64,000 bases of DNA from Candidatus Cloacimonadales bacterium (GTDB lineage: Bacteria > Cloacimonadota > Cloacimonadia > Cloacimonadales > JAFGVF01), in the NCBI GenBank assembly GCA_963678315.1, contig OY782781.1, positions 2,528,001-2,592,000 of the forward strand, in the 5' to 3' direction. Each line of letters opens with the position of its first letter. Within the stretch, counting starts at the first letter, position 1. The notes under the pieces were generated by a model. The model saw nothing but the letters and a program-made list of their open reading frames with translations. It ran no database searches and was not told the DNA's origin. Below are positions 28,521-39,064 of the stretch, piece by piece. The position numbers and the translations under genes are program-made.

Positions 28521-30128
28521 ATGAAAAGATTACTAATTTATATTTTTATGTTTATAGCATTGATTGTTCATGCTGAAGATATTGGTGTTATTGTTAAGGT
28601 TAAAGGTGACGTTTATACACAAATTGATACTTTAAAACACCTGCTTAATCCGTCTGATATTATTCAGAATAATACTACAATTTATAGTGGAAAAGATTCT
28701 TATGCTCTTTTTGTTTATAAAGATAATAACTCTTCAATAAGAATATACCCACATTCACAACTTACAGTTTCAGCGCTTAATCAAGATAGCAAAGCTGTTA
28801 ATCTAAAAAAAGGGTCTATTTCAAATATTATTCAAAAGAAATTAACAGGTTCCTATACTGTTGAAACAAATAATACTGTCGCATCTGTAAGAGGTACAAT
28901 CTTTGAAGTTGATGTAGTAGAAAATGGAACACAAGTTCACGTTGATAGAGGCCTAGTAAATGTTCAAAATAAGATAACAAATGCTAACTTGATGCTTAGT
29001 AAAGGGCAATACGTACTGTCCGATAATCAGGGGACAATAAGTCTACTTGATGGAAGCCCTCTTGATACAAATAAAGATACATTGAACTTCTTTGAAGTAG
29101 AAAATAGCATTTCACCTGCCGATTCTCTAGAAAATAAAGCTGATAAGCTTGAGCAAGTGGAAGAAGTTGAGCAAGCAGATTCCTTGCTAAATGATTCAAG
29201 TAAACCGGAAGAACTTCTTGAAGAAGAAGCTAATAATGATGATACAGATGAAGTTCTAATTGATAAACCGGAAGACAGTGAAACTTACCAAGCTAATGAT
29301 GATATTGAAACTTCTACAAATCAAGCAAGTGAAGTAGAAATCTCAGATGAGATTAACCAAGTTGAAACAGTAACAACAAATTCAACTAATCAAGAAGACC
29401 TTATTGTGATGGAAGACACTGATTCTGATAATATAATCGAAGAAGAGATTCTTGAAGAAGAAGGTGTTCCTGAACCAAAACACGAAATCAAAGAAGATAA
29501 CAAGATTGATAATCAAAGAAAACCTGTGGCTGTTGTTGTTAAAGTAAAAGGTAATGTAGATATAATATATAATAGCAAAGTTACATCTGCAAAAGCAGGT
29601 TCAATGATATATAATAACAGTGAGCTTATCTCTGGAAAAGATGGGTTAGCTCTTATTGCATTCGTTGATAATGGAAGTAAGATAAGACTTCTAAATAACT
29701 CAGAGGTAATAGTCACTACTGACCAAGAGAACAAAACAATGAATAAAGATATAAAGCTTAAATCTGGTTCAGTTCTGTCTCAAGTAAATAAAAAAATCTT
29801 AGGAAAATATTCAGTATCAACAAATTCAACTATTGCTTCAGTAAGAGGAACACACTTCTTAACAGAGCTTAGAAAAAATGGAGATACAGCAGTTTATGGA
29901 TTCTCTGGTAAAGTGGAAGTGAAGAACATTATTAGTGGCGAGATTACCCTTGTAACAGCAGGTATTACTGCCATATCTTCCCTCAATGGTTCATTATTGA
30001 GACAAGAAACTGTTGATGTTCCAGACGAAGCTTTAGAATTCATCCAAGAAACAGAGAATACTGATGAAGTGAAGATTGAATTCGAAGATAAAGATGGCAA
30101 CATAAAATCAATAATATTGGAGTTTTAG
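28521..30128 (+). CDS. Secreted protein with two FecR domains and an acidic linker
   Basis: VETNNTVASVRGTIFEV and VSTNSTIASVRGTHFLT FecR motifs; duplicated VKVKG(D/N)V; signal peptide. Confidence 0.85.
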   Translation: MKRLLIYIFMFIALIVHAEDIGVIVKVKGDVYTQIDTLKHLLNPSDIIQNNTTIYSGKDSYALFVYKDNNSSIRIYPHSQLTVSALNQDSKAVNLKKGSISNIIQKKLTGSYTVETNNTVASVRGTIFEVDVVENGTQVHVDRGLVNVQNKITNANLMLSKGQYVLSDNQGTISLLDGSPLDTNKDTLNFFEVENSISPADSLENKADKLEQVEEVEQADSLLNDSSKPEELLEEEANNDDTDEVLIDKPEDSETYQANDDIETSTNQASEVEISDEINQVETVTTNSTNQEDLIVMEDTDSDNIIEEEILEEEGVPEPKHEIKEDNKIDNQRKPVAVVVKVKGNVDIIYNSKVTSAKAGSMIYNNSELISGKDGLALIAFVDNGSKIRLLNNSEVIVTTDQENKTMNKDIKLKSGSVLSQVNKKILGKYSVSTNSTIASVRGTHFLTELRKNGDTAVYGFSGKVEVKNIISGEITLVTAGITAISSLNGSLLRQETVDVPDEALEFIQETENTDEVKIEFEDKDGNIKSIILEF

Positions 30129-30137
30129 GAGAGTAAT

Positions 30138-32531
30138 ATGAAAAAACTTATTTTACTTATAGTTATACTTACTGGATTAGGGACGATTTACTCTCAAATT
30201 ACAATAACTCATACACCAGTATATACTACCTTTAGGAATCAGAATCTTCCTATTCATATTACTTTGGATGGGGATGTTAATGATGTAAATGAAGTTAGAT
30301 TATTCTATCGTGAACGTGGTGATATTGCTTATAATATTCAGATTATGGAAGATTCTCAACTAGACAATAGTGTCTATGATGCTTTTATTCCGGTTTCTCT
30401 TGAAGCAAAAGGACTTGAATATTATATTGAAGCAGAGTTATTAGATGAAACAACTTACAGTTATCCAGTAACACAGCCAACACTTACTCCAGTACTTGTG
30501 CAAGTAATAGATGAAGTCATTTCTAACAACTTTGTTCTACTCAGTGATATGGGTGCAATTCATGAAGGAGAAGACTTTTCTTTATCAGTTTCAATCTATA
30601 ATATTGCTGAAACTATTGATTTATCTTCAATTACGGTAATGGAAGGTTGTAATGATGTTACATCACAAACTATCATCACTCAGAACTTAATTGTTTATCA
30701 GGCAATAGATCTTAATGAATCAACAACATTCCAGATTTTTGCATTAGATAAAGAAGGTAATGAGATTCTATCTCCGATATGGGATTTAACTGTTAAGAAA
30801 AGAACATTTACCTATTCCCTACCAATGAATATTCGTGGCGATGTTACCCTCAAAAGCAATATGAATAATATATCATACGATAATAATGATTATCAAACAT
30901 CCGAATCTTCTCAGAATAACTTCAATACTAGATTTAACATTAGAGGTAACTACAAGAAGTTCTCGTTTAAATCAAATATACTCATGTCCTCTTTAGAAAG
31001 CTCAAAGCGTCAAGCTGTGAACCGATATAATCTTACTTTAGCTGTACCGTATTTCGATATGCAATTTGGTGATTATTCTCCATACTACTCTAACTTCACA
31101 CTAAACAATAAGAATGTCAGAGGTATTGGAGCAAGAGTTTTAACCAAATTCTTTGAATTACAAGGATACTGGGGTAATACAGCTAGAAGCATTGAGACAG
31201 AAGTTATTGATAGCAACAATGACATCTATGACCCAGGAACATTTGAACGAAATACAAGTGCTTTTAGAATGGCATTTGGCAATGACGAAATAGTTAAGTT
31301 TGGTCTAAATGTAGTAAAGAACAAGGATAAAGTTTCATCCTTAGAAGAGAGTGACTATATCATTAGTAAAGAAGAAGATGGAGAGGAACTAACCCTACAA
31401 ATAGTAAATCCTAAGGATAATATAATATTAAGTAGTGACTTTAAATTATCAACTCCACAGAAGCTATTCTCTTTCGGTACTGAAGTTGCTTTAAGTGCTT
31501 ACAATAGCAATATCTATGGTGGAGCAATATCACAAGAAAGTCTTGAAGAAGACCTTGATAATGATATATTTATAGACCCTGAGTCTATTGAGAACATTTT
31601 CGTTATTAACAAGAATGTTGAACCCTTTAGTATTTCTCTAGCCAACATGGCTTACAAGATATACGCAAACTCATATTTTGCTGGCAACTTCCTTACTATA
31701 GACTACTCTCGTGTAGGATCTGCATTTAGATCATTATCTTCATCAAATCTTAAGAATGACACACAAACATTAACAATAAACAACAATATGAACTTCCATA
31801 ATTATATATTTATGGATTTTGGATTTAACAGAATATCTGATAACTTATCAGAGAACTTAGTTACTACTAATGTCTTTAGTAACTACTTCGTTAATGCTAT
31901 GTTTAGAATGAAAGATTACCCTTCAGTAAGATTAGGTTACGATCGAGGAAGGACAAGTATTGACGAGAATAATGATGTTTCTGATGAAGATTATAGCCAA
32001 GAATATAGAACTGAATACTATACTTTAGGTCTTGGTTATGACTTCTATAGAATGCCATGCGTACCATTCATGCTTAACTTTGATTATAAGTTTGGTTTTG
32101 ACAAAGATGATTTAAATGAATCTTATGAGATAAACTCTAAGTCACTTAATGGTAGCTTTGATTCACATTGGAGTATCATACCATTACATTTGAGAGTAAC
32201 TTATAATCAATTTACTTCTGAGAATGAATTCAACTTTGAAGAAGGCGTATTAATTGATGAATGGACTAAAAAAACTTATGGAGCTAGACTTAGTTATGAC
32301 TTCCTTCATAAAACATTACGTCCTTTTGTATCCTACAAGACATCATCAAACGAATATGTCGAGGAAAGTAATAACTATGACAGCAAGCAAACTTCTTTTG
32401 GTGTAAAGTATAATCCATTTAAGTTAACATCAATTAGTTCAAGTATTTCTATGAAAGAATACGCATACGATAGTGGAGATAGAGATTACTCAACATTTAA
32501 TTGGTATTTAAACATTATTCAAAAGTTCTAG
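30138..32531 (+). CDS. Probable outer-membrane beta-barrel protein with N-terminal Ig-like domains
   Basis: Signal peptide, amphipathic strands, terminal WYLNIIQKF BAM-type signal. Confidence 0.7.
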   Translation: MKKLILLIVILTGLGTIYSQITITHTPVYTTFRNQNLPIHITLDGDVNDVNEVRLFYRERGDIAYNIQIMEDSQLDNSVYDAFIPVSLEAKGLEYYIEAELLDETTYSYPVTQPTLTPVLVQVIDEVISNNFVLLSDMGAIHEGEDFSLSVSIYNIAETIDLSSITVMEGCNDVTSQTIITQNLIVYQAIDLNESTTFQIFALDKEGNEILSPIWDLTVKKRTFTYSLPMNIRGDVTLKSNMNNISYDNNDYQTSESSQNNFNTRFNIRGNYKKFSFKSNILMSSLESSKRQAVNRYNLTLAVPYFDMQFGDYSPYYSNFTLNNKNVRGIGARVLTKFFELQGYWGNTARSIETEVIDSNNDIYDPGTFERNTSAFRMAFGNDEIVKFGLNVVKNKDKVSSLEESDYIISKEEDGEELTLQIVNPKDNIILSSDFKLSTPQKLFSFGTEVALSAYNSNIYGGAISQESLEEDLDNDIFIDPESIENIFVINKNVEPFSISLANMAYKIYANSYFAGNFLTIDYSRVGSAFRSLSSSNLKNDTQTLTINNNMNFHNYIFMDFGFNRISDNLSENLVTTNVFSNYFVNAMFRMKDYPSVRLGYDRGRTSIDENNDVSDEDYSQEYRTEYYTLGLGYDFYRMPCVPFMLNFDYKFGFDKDDLNESYEINSKSLNGSFDSHWSIIPLHLRVTYNQFTSENEFNFEEGVLIDEWTKKTYGARLSYDFLHKTLRPFVSYKTSSNEYVEESNNYDSKQTSFGVKYNPFKLTSISSSISMKEYAYDSGDRDYSTFNWYLNIIQKF

Positions 32532-32532
32532 A

Positions 32533-34530
32533 ATGAAGTATAAGAAGTTTAGATTCTTATTTATTGCACTGATAGTTGTTCTATTAGTAGAAATTCTATC
32601 ATGGAGTAAGATCTTCGGTCATTTTGAAGCTAAACTATATGATTTAGTGTTCAGTCAGAGAGGACCTAAAGAGACTTCCGGGAAGGTAACAATTGTAGCT
32701 ATTAATGAAGAGACTATGCAAAGCCTAGGACTTCAATGGCCATTACCAAGAAGTCTATATGTAAATGCCATAAGGAATATAAAGAAAGCAGGAGCTAAAG
32801 GAATTGTCTTTGATATACAGTTCCCTGATATTGCCAAGATACAGTTAGGTGATGATGAATTAGTAGAACTAGAATCATTGATTAATGAGTCATTAAAGGA
32901 AGATGACATCCAATTAGGAGTAACTTCTGTTCAAGATAGTGTTATTATGGCATCTAAAATCGAGTCTTTTGCTAATTCCAAAAGATTTATAACACCTAAT
33001 AAACACATTTCAAAAGCTAACCCTGATCTTGGACTTGTATCTATTTATACAGATCATGATGATGTATTAAGGCACTATCCCTTATTCGAGGACTATCACG
33101 GACAGACATATTACTCTTTAGCTGTAAAAGCTTATTACAAATACTTCTCAAATACAAATGAATCACCAAGCGTTAAAGGTAACAGCCTAGTTGTTGGAGA
33201 CCTTGCAGTAAATTTCATCAATAATCGTTCTTCAATAATCAATTATAAAGATAAAGCAGGAGCTTTTGGTAATGACTTCAAGGTAAACGCTAACAGTAAA
33301 TACTATTCTTTTATTGATTTCATTAACAAAGAAGAAACTAGTATTTCTTCGGAAGAAGATGATTTCTTCTCAGACATTGAAGTATCTCCAGAAGTACAAG
33401 AGAGTTTACAAGCATTAGGAATGAATCCTGAACTAGTTGAAAAGAGCAATCTGGATAGATATATAGAAGATCAAGTATTTAAGGATAAAGTTGTATTTAT
33501 AGGTTCAACATTACAGGAACATCATGATATTTTTAATACACCTGTTGGATTAATGCCGGGAGTAGAAATTCATGCTAATTTCTTAGATTCTATGCTTACA
33601 GACCAAGTTCTTAAATATGTTAACCCCTACTGGATTATTTTGTCACTATTATTGATTGCAATTTTAATAAGTTATCTTTGTTCAAAAGTTTCAGCTACAA
33701 GATCTTTATTATTTATTATTGCTTTTCTAATTTTGCAGTATTCATCTACTATGGGAGCATTTAAATATAGTAATTTAGTTATACCGCAGCTTCAATATAT
33801 GCTTGTTAGTGTTATAATATATCTGATTTTCTTAGTACTTAAATATGTTGAAGAACAAAAAGCAAAGAAAGAGATTAGAAACACTTTTGAACATTATATG
33901 TCTAATGAACTAGTTGAAGAGCTAGTGTCAAACCCTGAGAATCTTACTTATGGTGGTTCAGTCAAAGACATTTCTGTATTGTTTTCAGACATAAGGTCTT
34001 TCACAACATATACAGAAAGTCATTCCATGGAAGATACTGTATCAATGCTTAGGGAATATCTTACAGAAATGACCAAGGTAGTTATTGATAATAAGGGAAT
34101 CATTGATAAGTTTGTTGGCGATGAGATAATGGTTCTTTATGGTACACCTGTAGAAGATAAAGAAAGTGCTATTAATGCATGTCGTACAGCATTACAAATG
34201 AGGGTACGTCTTAATGAGCTTCATGAAAAGTGGCGTGCTGAAGGTAAGGATATTTTCGAGATTGGTATTGGGGTTAACTCTGGAAAAGCTGTAGTAGGAA
34301 ACTTAGGTTCAGAGCAAGTCTTCGATTATACCGCTATCGGTGATAATATCAATTTAGGAGCTAGACTAGAAGCACTCAACAAGAATTACGATACCGAGAC
34401 GAAGATTATCATTTCTGAGTTTACGCTAGAAAGAGTTAAAGACAGAGCTATTGTTGAATATTTGGATGATGTAAAAGTTAAAGGAAAAAACAAAGCAGTT
34501 AAAATATATAATCTTAAAGAGTTAAATTAG
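32533..34530 (+). CDS. CHASE2-domain class III adenylate cyclase
   Basis: IVAINEE...WPLPR, D.DDVLR, MPGVEIHAN (CHASE2), 3 TMs, FSDIRSFT, IDKFVGD, DYTAIGDNINLGARLE. Confidence 0.93.
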   Translation: MKYKKFRFLFIALIVVLLVEILSWSKIFGHFEAKLYDLVFSQRGPKETSGKVTIVAINEETMQSLGLQWPLPRSLYVNAIRNIKKAGAKGIVFDIQFPDIAKIQLGDDELVELESLINESLKEDDIQLGVTSVQDSVIMASKIESFANSKRFITPNKHISKANPDLGLVSIYTDHDDVLRHYPLFEDYHGQTYYSLAVKAYYKYFSNTNESPSVKGNSLVVGDLAVNFINNRSSIINYKDKAGAFGNDFKVNANSKYYSFIDFINKEETSISSEEDDFFSDIEVSPEVQESLQALGMNPELVEKSNLDRYIEDQVFKDKVVFIGSTLQEHHDIFNTPVGLMPGVEIHANFLDSMLTDQVLKYVNPYWIILSLLLIAILISYLCSKVSATRSLLFIIAFLILQYSSTMGAFKYSNLVIPQLQYMLVSVIIYLIFLVLKYVEEQKAKKEIRNTFEHYMSNELVEELVSNPENLTYGGSVKDISVLFSDIRSFTTYTESHSMEDTVSMLREYLTEMTKVVIDNKGIIDKFVGDEIMVLYGTPVEDKESAINACRTALQMRVRLNELHEKWRAEGKDIFEIGIGVNSGKAVVGNLGSEQVFDYTAIGDNINLGARLEALNKNYDTETKIIISEFTLERVKDRAIVEYLDDVKVKGKNKAVKIYNLKELN

Positions 34531-34608
34531 ATTCAAGAGTTAATTATTCTTAAATTGACATAAATAAATAAGTTTCTAGATATTGAGTTAACAAGAAATG
34601 GAGGTTTC

Positions 34609-35697
34609 ATGTTAAGATTACCAGTTAATGAGCTTCATAAGTTCATGCTTCAAGTATTTGTTAAACTAGGTGTTCCTGAAGAGGAAGCAAAGATATGTGC
34701 AGATGTGTTAATTGAATCAGACCTTAGAGGAATTGAATCACACGGTATCGGACGTTGTAAAATGTATTATGATAGAATAAAAGCTGGAATCCAGTTCACT
34801 GATACTAAAATTGACATAATCAGGGATAAATATGCAACTGCTGTTTGGGATGGCAATCATGGTATGGGACATGTTATTTCTCATAAAGCTATGGAAACAG
34901 CTATTGAGAAAGCTGAAAAATATGGTATTGGTTGTGTTGTAGTAAGAAACTCTACCCACTATGGTATTGCTGGTTATTATGCTTCTATGGCAACCGATAA
35001 AAACATGATAGGCTTAACTTTCACTAATGCTAGACCATCAATTGCTCCTACTAACGGGGTTGATCCTATGCTGGGAACTAATCCAATTTGCTTTGGTGCT
35101 CCTTCAAATTTAGATTATCCATTCTTATTTGATGGTGCTACTTCTATTTCCCAAAGAGGTAAGATAGAAGTTCTTGATAGAGAAGGGAAAGAAACACCTT
35201 TAGGTTGGGCTATAGATAAAGAAGGAAATCCATTTACAGATACCAAGAAGCTACTTGTTGATTTAGTAGCTAAGAATGCTTCTATGTTGCCTATAGGGGG
35301 CTCTGATGAAGAAACAGGTTCTCATAAAGGTTACAGTTTAGGAGTTATGGTAGAAATACTTTGTGCTGCCTTGCAAAATGGTTCTTATCTCAATGGACTC
35401 CACGGCTGGGACTCTGAAGGTAATAGGGTTCCTTATAAACTAGGTCATTTTTTCTTAGCAATAAATATAGATTTCTTTACTGAAATAGAAGATTTCAAAA
35501 AGATAACAGGTGATATAATGAGAACTTTACAAGCTTCCACAATTGCACCTAATAAGGATAGAATTTGGATTGCTGGTGAAAAAGAATATTATAAGAAGAA
35601 GGAAATACTTGAACAAGGTGTTCCGATAAATGATGCACTTCTAAATAATATTAGAATAATGAAAAAGGAATTAGGCATTAAAACTTTAGATGTCTAG
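34609..35697 (+). CDS. Ldh2/Mdh2 family oxidoreductase
   Basis: DLRGIESHG, RNSTHYG, GTNPI, HKGYSLG. Confidence 0.9.
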   Translation: MLRLPVNELHKFMLQVFVKLGVPEEEAKICADVLIESDLRGIESHGIGRCKMYYDRIKAGIQFTDTKIDIIRDKYATAVWDGNHGMGHVISHKAMETAIEKAEKYGIGCVVVRNSTHYGIAGYYASMATDKNMIGLTFTNARPSIAPTNGVDPMLGTNPICFGAPSNLDYPFLFDGATSISQRGKIEVLDREGKETPLGWAIDKEGNPFTDTKKLLVDLVAKNASMLPIGGSDEETGSHKGYSLGVMVEILCAALQNGSYLNGLHGWDSEGNRVPYKLGHFFLAINIDFFTEIEDFKKITGDIMRTLQASTIAPNKDRIWIAGEKEYYKKKEILEQGVPINDALLNNIRIMKKELGIKTLDV

Positions 35698-35718
35698 TCC
35701 AATATAGAAAACTATATT

Positions 35719-35756
35719 AAGAGATTGTATTATAAATTAGTATAATCTCTTTTTTT
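35719..35756 (+). terminator. Probable intrinsic terminator
   Basis: AAGAGATTGTA...TATAATCTCTT plus T-run. Confidence 0.6.
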
Positions 35757-35866
35757 ATTTGCAAAAGATAAGTACATTAACTATTTTATCAGTAAGCCCA
35801 TCTAATACATAGCACTTCTAGAATGGTACTATAATATTTGGGTTAAATATACTTTTAGGAGTTATT

Positions 35867-36172
35867 ATGTTAATGAGATTATTAACTGGTTTGAGTATCG
35901 TAGCTTTGGTTAGTACTTTTTTCCCTTATGTTCCTGAACAAGTCTGGTTCTTTGGTAAAATTGTTATATTCGTAACTATATTGTATAGAATATATGATTA
36001 CATAGCTGTTCAACACTGGGAATGGGTTTTACCATTCTTTATAATGTTAATTGTAATAAATCCTTTTTTTGCAATCCCATACGATAATCTAAAATACGGG
36101 ACTTACCTAATGTATAGTGTTAGAATAATTGCTACAATATTTTTAGGTTATTCATATAGGCATATAAGCTAA
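35867..36172 (+). CDS. Small membrane protein (DUF6804-like)
   Basis: AGGAG RBS; hydrophobic helices; W..F..LIVINPFFAI. Confidence 0.6.
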   Translation: MLMRLLTGLSIVALVSTFFPYVPEQVWFFGKIVIFVTILYRIYDYIAVQHWEWVLPFFIMLIVINPFFAIPYDNLKYGTYLMYSVRIIATIFLGYSYRHIS

Positions 36173-36912
36173 GCAGGAATTATCTCTCTCCCATTCTCTT
36201 TTGCAAAGGCTTTTTTTAGTTCTTCAAATGATGCTTCCTCTAGTCTAGCAAAACAAGAACCTGACCCCATATCATTCAAATAATGAGCATCGGAGTTTCT
36301 AATGATTGTAATATTTTCAAGAGATGGATTGTTTGCAATAACTTCTTTTATATTACATCTGGCTGTAATACCATAACCATCAACATTTGCATTTTCAGGT
36401 AAGAAGCCTAACTGAGATATCACTGAATTAGTTGTTGCATCAATATGAGCAGGAAAACAGATTGAGTCAAACTCTTTAATCTTAGATATAGTAGTTTCAT
36501 AATCCCACATCACAGAGTTTATCAAAGCTGTGTTCTCAATATCAACAATATTCTCATCTTTATCTACTATTACTTGATCTCCAAAATAATCAGGATTATT
36601 CTCTATAGGCATTAAGGCTGCTGAGACTTGTTTATCAAACTTCATAGCCTCTTCATAATCTCTGAATAGAGCAACAATATGAATTTCTTCCATTGTTTGA
36701 ACTTCACAACCACAAACAACAAAGACTCCTTTACTTTTACCTACTTCATAATATGCTTGGCAATTCTTACAGGAGTTGTGATCTGTAACAGCAATTATCT
36801 CTAATCCTAATGCTAAAGCTCTATCAATAACAGCATGTGGAGACATTTCTAAGCCTCCACAGGGAGATAAAACTGTATGGTTATGCAAATCAATCTTAAA
36901 TTTCTTAAGCAT
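36169..36912 (-). CDS. PHP domain phosphoesterase
   Basis: DLHNHTVLSPC, VTDHN, PAHID, NSDAH. Confidence 0.92.
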   Translation of the reverse strand: MLKKFKIDLHNHTVLSPCGGLEMSPHAVIDRALALGLEIIAVTDHNSCKNCQAYYEVGKSKGVFVVCGCEVQTMEEIHIVALFRDYEEAMKFDKQVSAALMPIENNPDYFGDQVIVDKDENIVDIENTALINSVMWDYETTISKIKEFDSICFPAHIDATTNSVISQLGFLPENANVDGYGITARCNIKEVIANNPSLENITIIRNSDAHYLNDMGSGSCFARLEEASFEELKKAFAKENGREIIPA

Positions 36913-36923
36913 CTCTTACAAAA

Positions 36924-37265
36924 CTAATCATTAAGCAATTTGAATAATTTTCCTGCTGCATCAAAGACTGATAGAGGTGTCTTGATTAAGATTATGTCTT
37001 CATCTTTTGCTTTATCTATTACAGCTTTTTCAGGTACAATGTCCTTTGCTAAGACTACACAAGGTATATCAGCCATTGAAGCAACTGCAATTACATTCAT
37101 GTGTCTCATTATAGTGAACCATATTTGATTTTCTTTTGCTGAGCCCATTACATCTGAAAGTAAATCAGAACAATAACCTGCTCCTATTTCTACATTATCT
37201 ATATCGCTATTTTCAGTTAATATTTCATGGTCAATTGTATTTAAATAGTCTTTTAATTTTATCAT
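36924..37265 (-). CDS. DRTGG domain protein
   Basis: GYCSDLLSDVMG, WFTIMRHMNVIAVAS. Confidence 0.88.
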   Translation of the reverse strand: MIKLKDYLNTIDHEILTENSDIDNVEIGAGYCSDLLSDVMGSAKENQIWFTIMRHMNVIAVASMADIPCVVLAKDIVPEKAVIDKAKDEDIILIKTPLSVFDAAGKLFKLLND

Positions 37266-37280
37266 TTGATCTCCCTATCA

Positions 37281-38555
37281 TTATAAATCTTTTTTTGTTT
37301 TGTTCTTATATAGAATTACACAATCATCAATTGTTGCTTTTCCTTGAACAATATCTTCAGCTAATGCATAACAGTTTGGAGAACCGCATGCACAGCAGTT
37401 AATTCCTGGAAGTTGACTCATTATCTTATCAATCTTTTGAACTTTTTCTAAAGCTGCAAACAAATCAGTATCTAACTCCATAATCGAACGTGGTTTCAAT
37501 TTTGGAACATCAAATTTACCTTCCTGATAAAGTTTTCTGAATTCTGATGAATCCATCTCTCTATGATTACCCTCTTTAGACATTCTTTTCATTCTACTAA
37601 GAGCCACAAATGGATTTTCAACATTCAATCCACCTCCGACACAACCAATTTTACAAGACCTTAGTACTATATATTGATATTGATCTAGATGGTGATCTTC
37701 AATTCTCGATAAGACATCAATAACATTGTCTATACCATTAACAGATAAGACTCTAATATCATCACAATCAATCATATCTGCTTCTAATGTAGAAATCCCC
37801 CATGTGAGTCCACTCTTATAAGTGTCAATTTCTTCATGGTCATTCCACACGTCTTTCATATGTTCCTGAGCTTCTGCAAATACTTCACTAACAGCTAATG
37901 CACCATCTTGGAAATATTTATAAGTTCCCTCTGGCTGATGAACAGCTGTAACTTGTGAAACACATGGAACAATTAAGAATACTCCAATGTCCTCATCTTT
38001 ATAAGCATACTTTTCTTTGGCTTTCTCCCGTAAATAGTATGACAAAGTGCTCATCGGTGCTTCTATATGAAATAAGTTAGGTAATAGTGATGGAAATCTC
38101 ACCTGTATCAACCTAACTACTGCAGGGCAGCCACTTGATATAATTGGTCTGATATCTTTATTTTTTCTTATGTAATCTTTAATCATATAGTTCATAAATT
38201 CTGTTACACTAGACTCTTCTGCGACCTCATCAAAACCTAAATGTAAGACAGTTTTCTTAACTTTCTCATAATCGTTTTCTTCTGAGAATTGTCCTGCATA
38301 AGATGTTGAAAAGACTGCAATCTTATGTTTAAATTTATGAATTGATTCTAAGCTATCATAATAAGGAACAATAGCATGAAAAGAACATGCTTCAATACAA
38401 CGACCGCAGTCGATGCATCTCATCATATCTAATTCTACCTTGTTATTCCTAACTCTTATAGCCTCGGTTGGGCATACTTTTACACATGCAGTACAACCGG
38501 TACAATTTTCCTGCTTTACTTTCACAGCATGAAAGTATTCATTCTTTTGATACAT
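37281..38555 (-). CDS. [FeFe]-hydrogenase-like Fe-S protein (putative sensor)
   Basis: Two CxxCxxCxxxC ferredoxin motifs, SSGCPA / VPCVSQ / SCKIGCVGG H-domain-like motifs, C-terminal LPGINCCACGSPNC...C. Confidence 0.88.
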   Translation of the reverse strand: MYQKNEYFHAVKVKQENCTGCTACVKVCPTEAIRVRNNKVELDMMRCIDCGRCIEACSFHAIVPYYDSLESIHKFKHKIAVFSTSYAGQFSEENDYEKVKKTVLHLGFDEVAEESSVTEFMNYMIKDYIRKNKDIRPIISSGCPAVVRLIQVRFPSLLPNLFHIEAPMSTLSYYLREKAKEKYAYKDEDIGVFLIVPCVSQVTAVHQPEGTYKYFQDGALAVSEVFAEAQEHMKDVWNDHEEIDTYKSGLTWGISTLEADMIDCDDIRVLSVNGIDNVIDVLSRIEDHHLDQYQYIVLRSCKIGCVGGGLNVENPFVALSRMKRMSKEGNHREMDSSEFRKLYQEGKFDVPKLKPRSIMELDTDLFAALEKVQKIDKIMSQLPGINCCACGSPNCYALAEDIVQGKATIDDCVILYKNKTKKDL

Positions 38556-38574
38556 ATTTTCCTGTTTTAGTTAG

Positions 38575-39063
38575 CTAAAAAAAAATTACTATTTCTAAGA
38601 CTGTATTTCTTCCTCTTACAGAATCTAAGTGCATTGCGTCAGAGTTCTTTTTGATGTTAGGTAATCCCAAACCTGCACCAAAACCCATTTCTCTGACATA
38701 TTCTACAGCAGTTGAAAACCCAGGTTCTAAAGCTTTATTAATATCTTCAATTCCTGGCCCAATATCTTCAAATACTACATGTACTAAATCCTTATGTACA
38801 AAGCTCTTCATAACACCACCGTTTGAATGAGCTGCTAGATTTATCTCTGCTTCATAACAGGCTACTGCTACTTTGCGAAGAATCCCCGAATCTATTCCTA
38901 ATCTTTTTAACAGTCTTTTTAACTCAGCTGAACCATTCCCTGAATTTACAAAATCATGTTTTACAACTGAGTATTCTAATGTCACTGCAGGATTTGGTTT
39001 TTCTGCAAAAAATGCATCTACCCTATCCTGATTATTCTCTATAATGTGCCAATATTCTGCCAT
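38575..39063 (-). CDS. RsbT-like anti-sigma factor / Ser kinase (HATPase_c)
   Basis: YEAEINLAAH, DIGPGI, GFSTA, GFGAGLGLPNIK. Confidence 0.9.
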   Translation of the reverse strand: MAEYWHIIENNQDRVDAFFAEKPNPAVTLEYSVVKHDFVNSGNGSAELKRLLKRLGIDSGILRKVAVACYEAEINLAAHSNGGVMKSFVHKDLVHVVFEDIGPGIEDINKALEPGFSTAVEYVREMGFGAGLGLPNIKKNSDAMHLDSVRGRNTVLEIVIFF

Positions 39064-39064
39064 A

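Noticed and set aside
37281..38555. Catalytic H2-evolving [FeFe] hydrogenase
   Set aside because: The proton-transfer Cys and conserved Lys of the H-cluster motifs are replaced, and the neighbours are regulatory genes.
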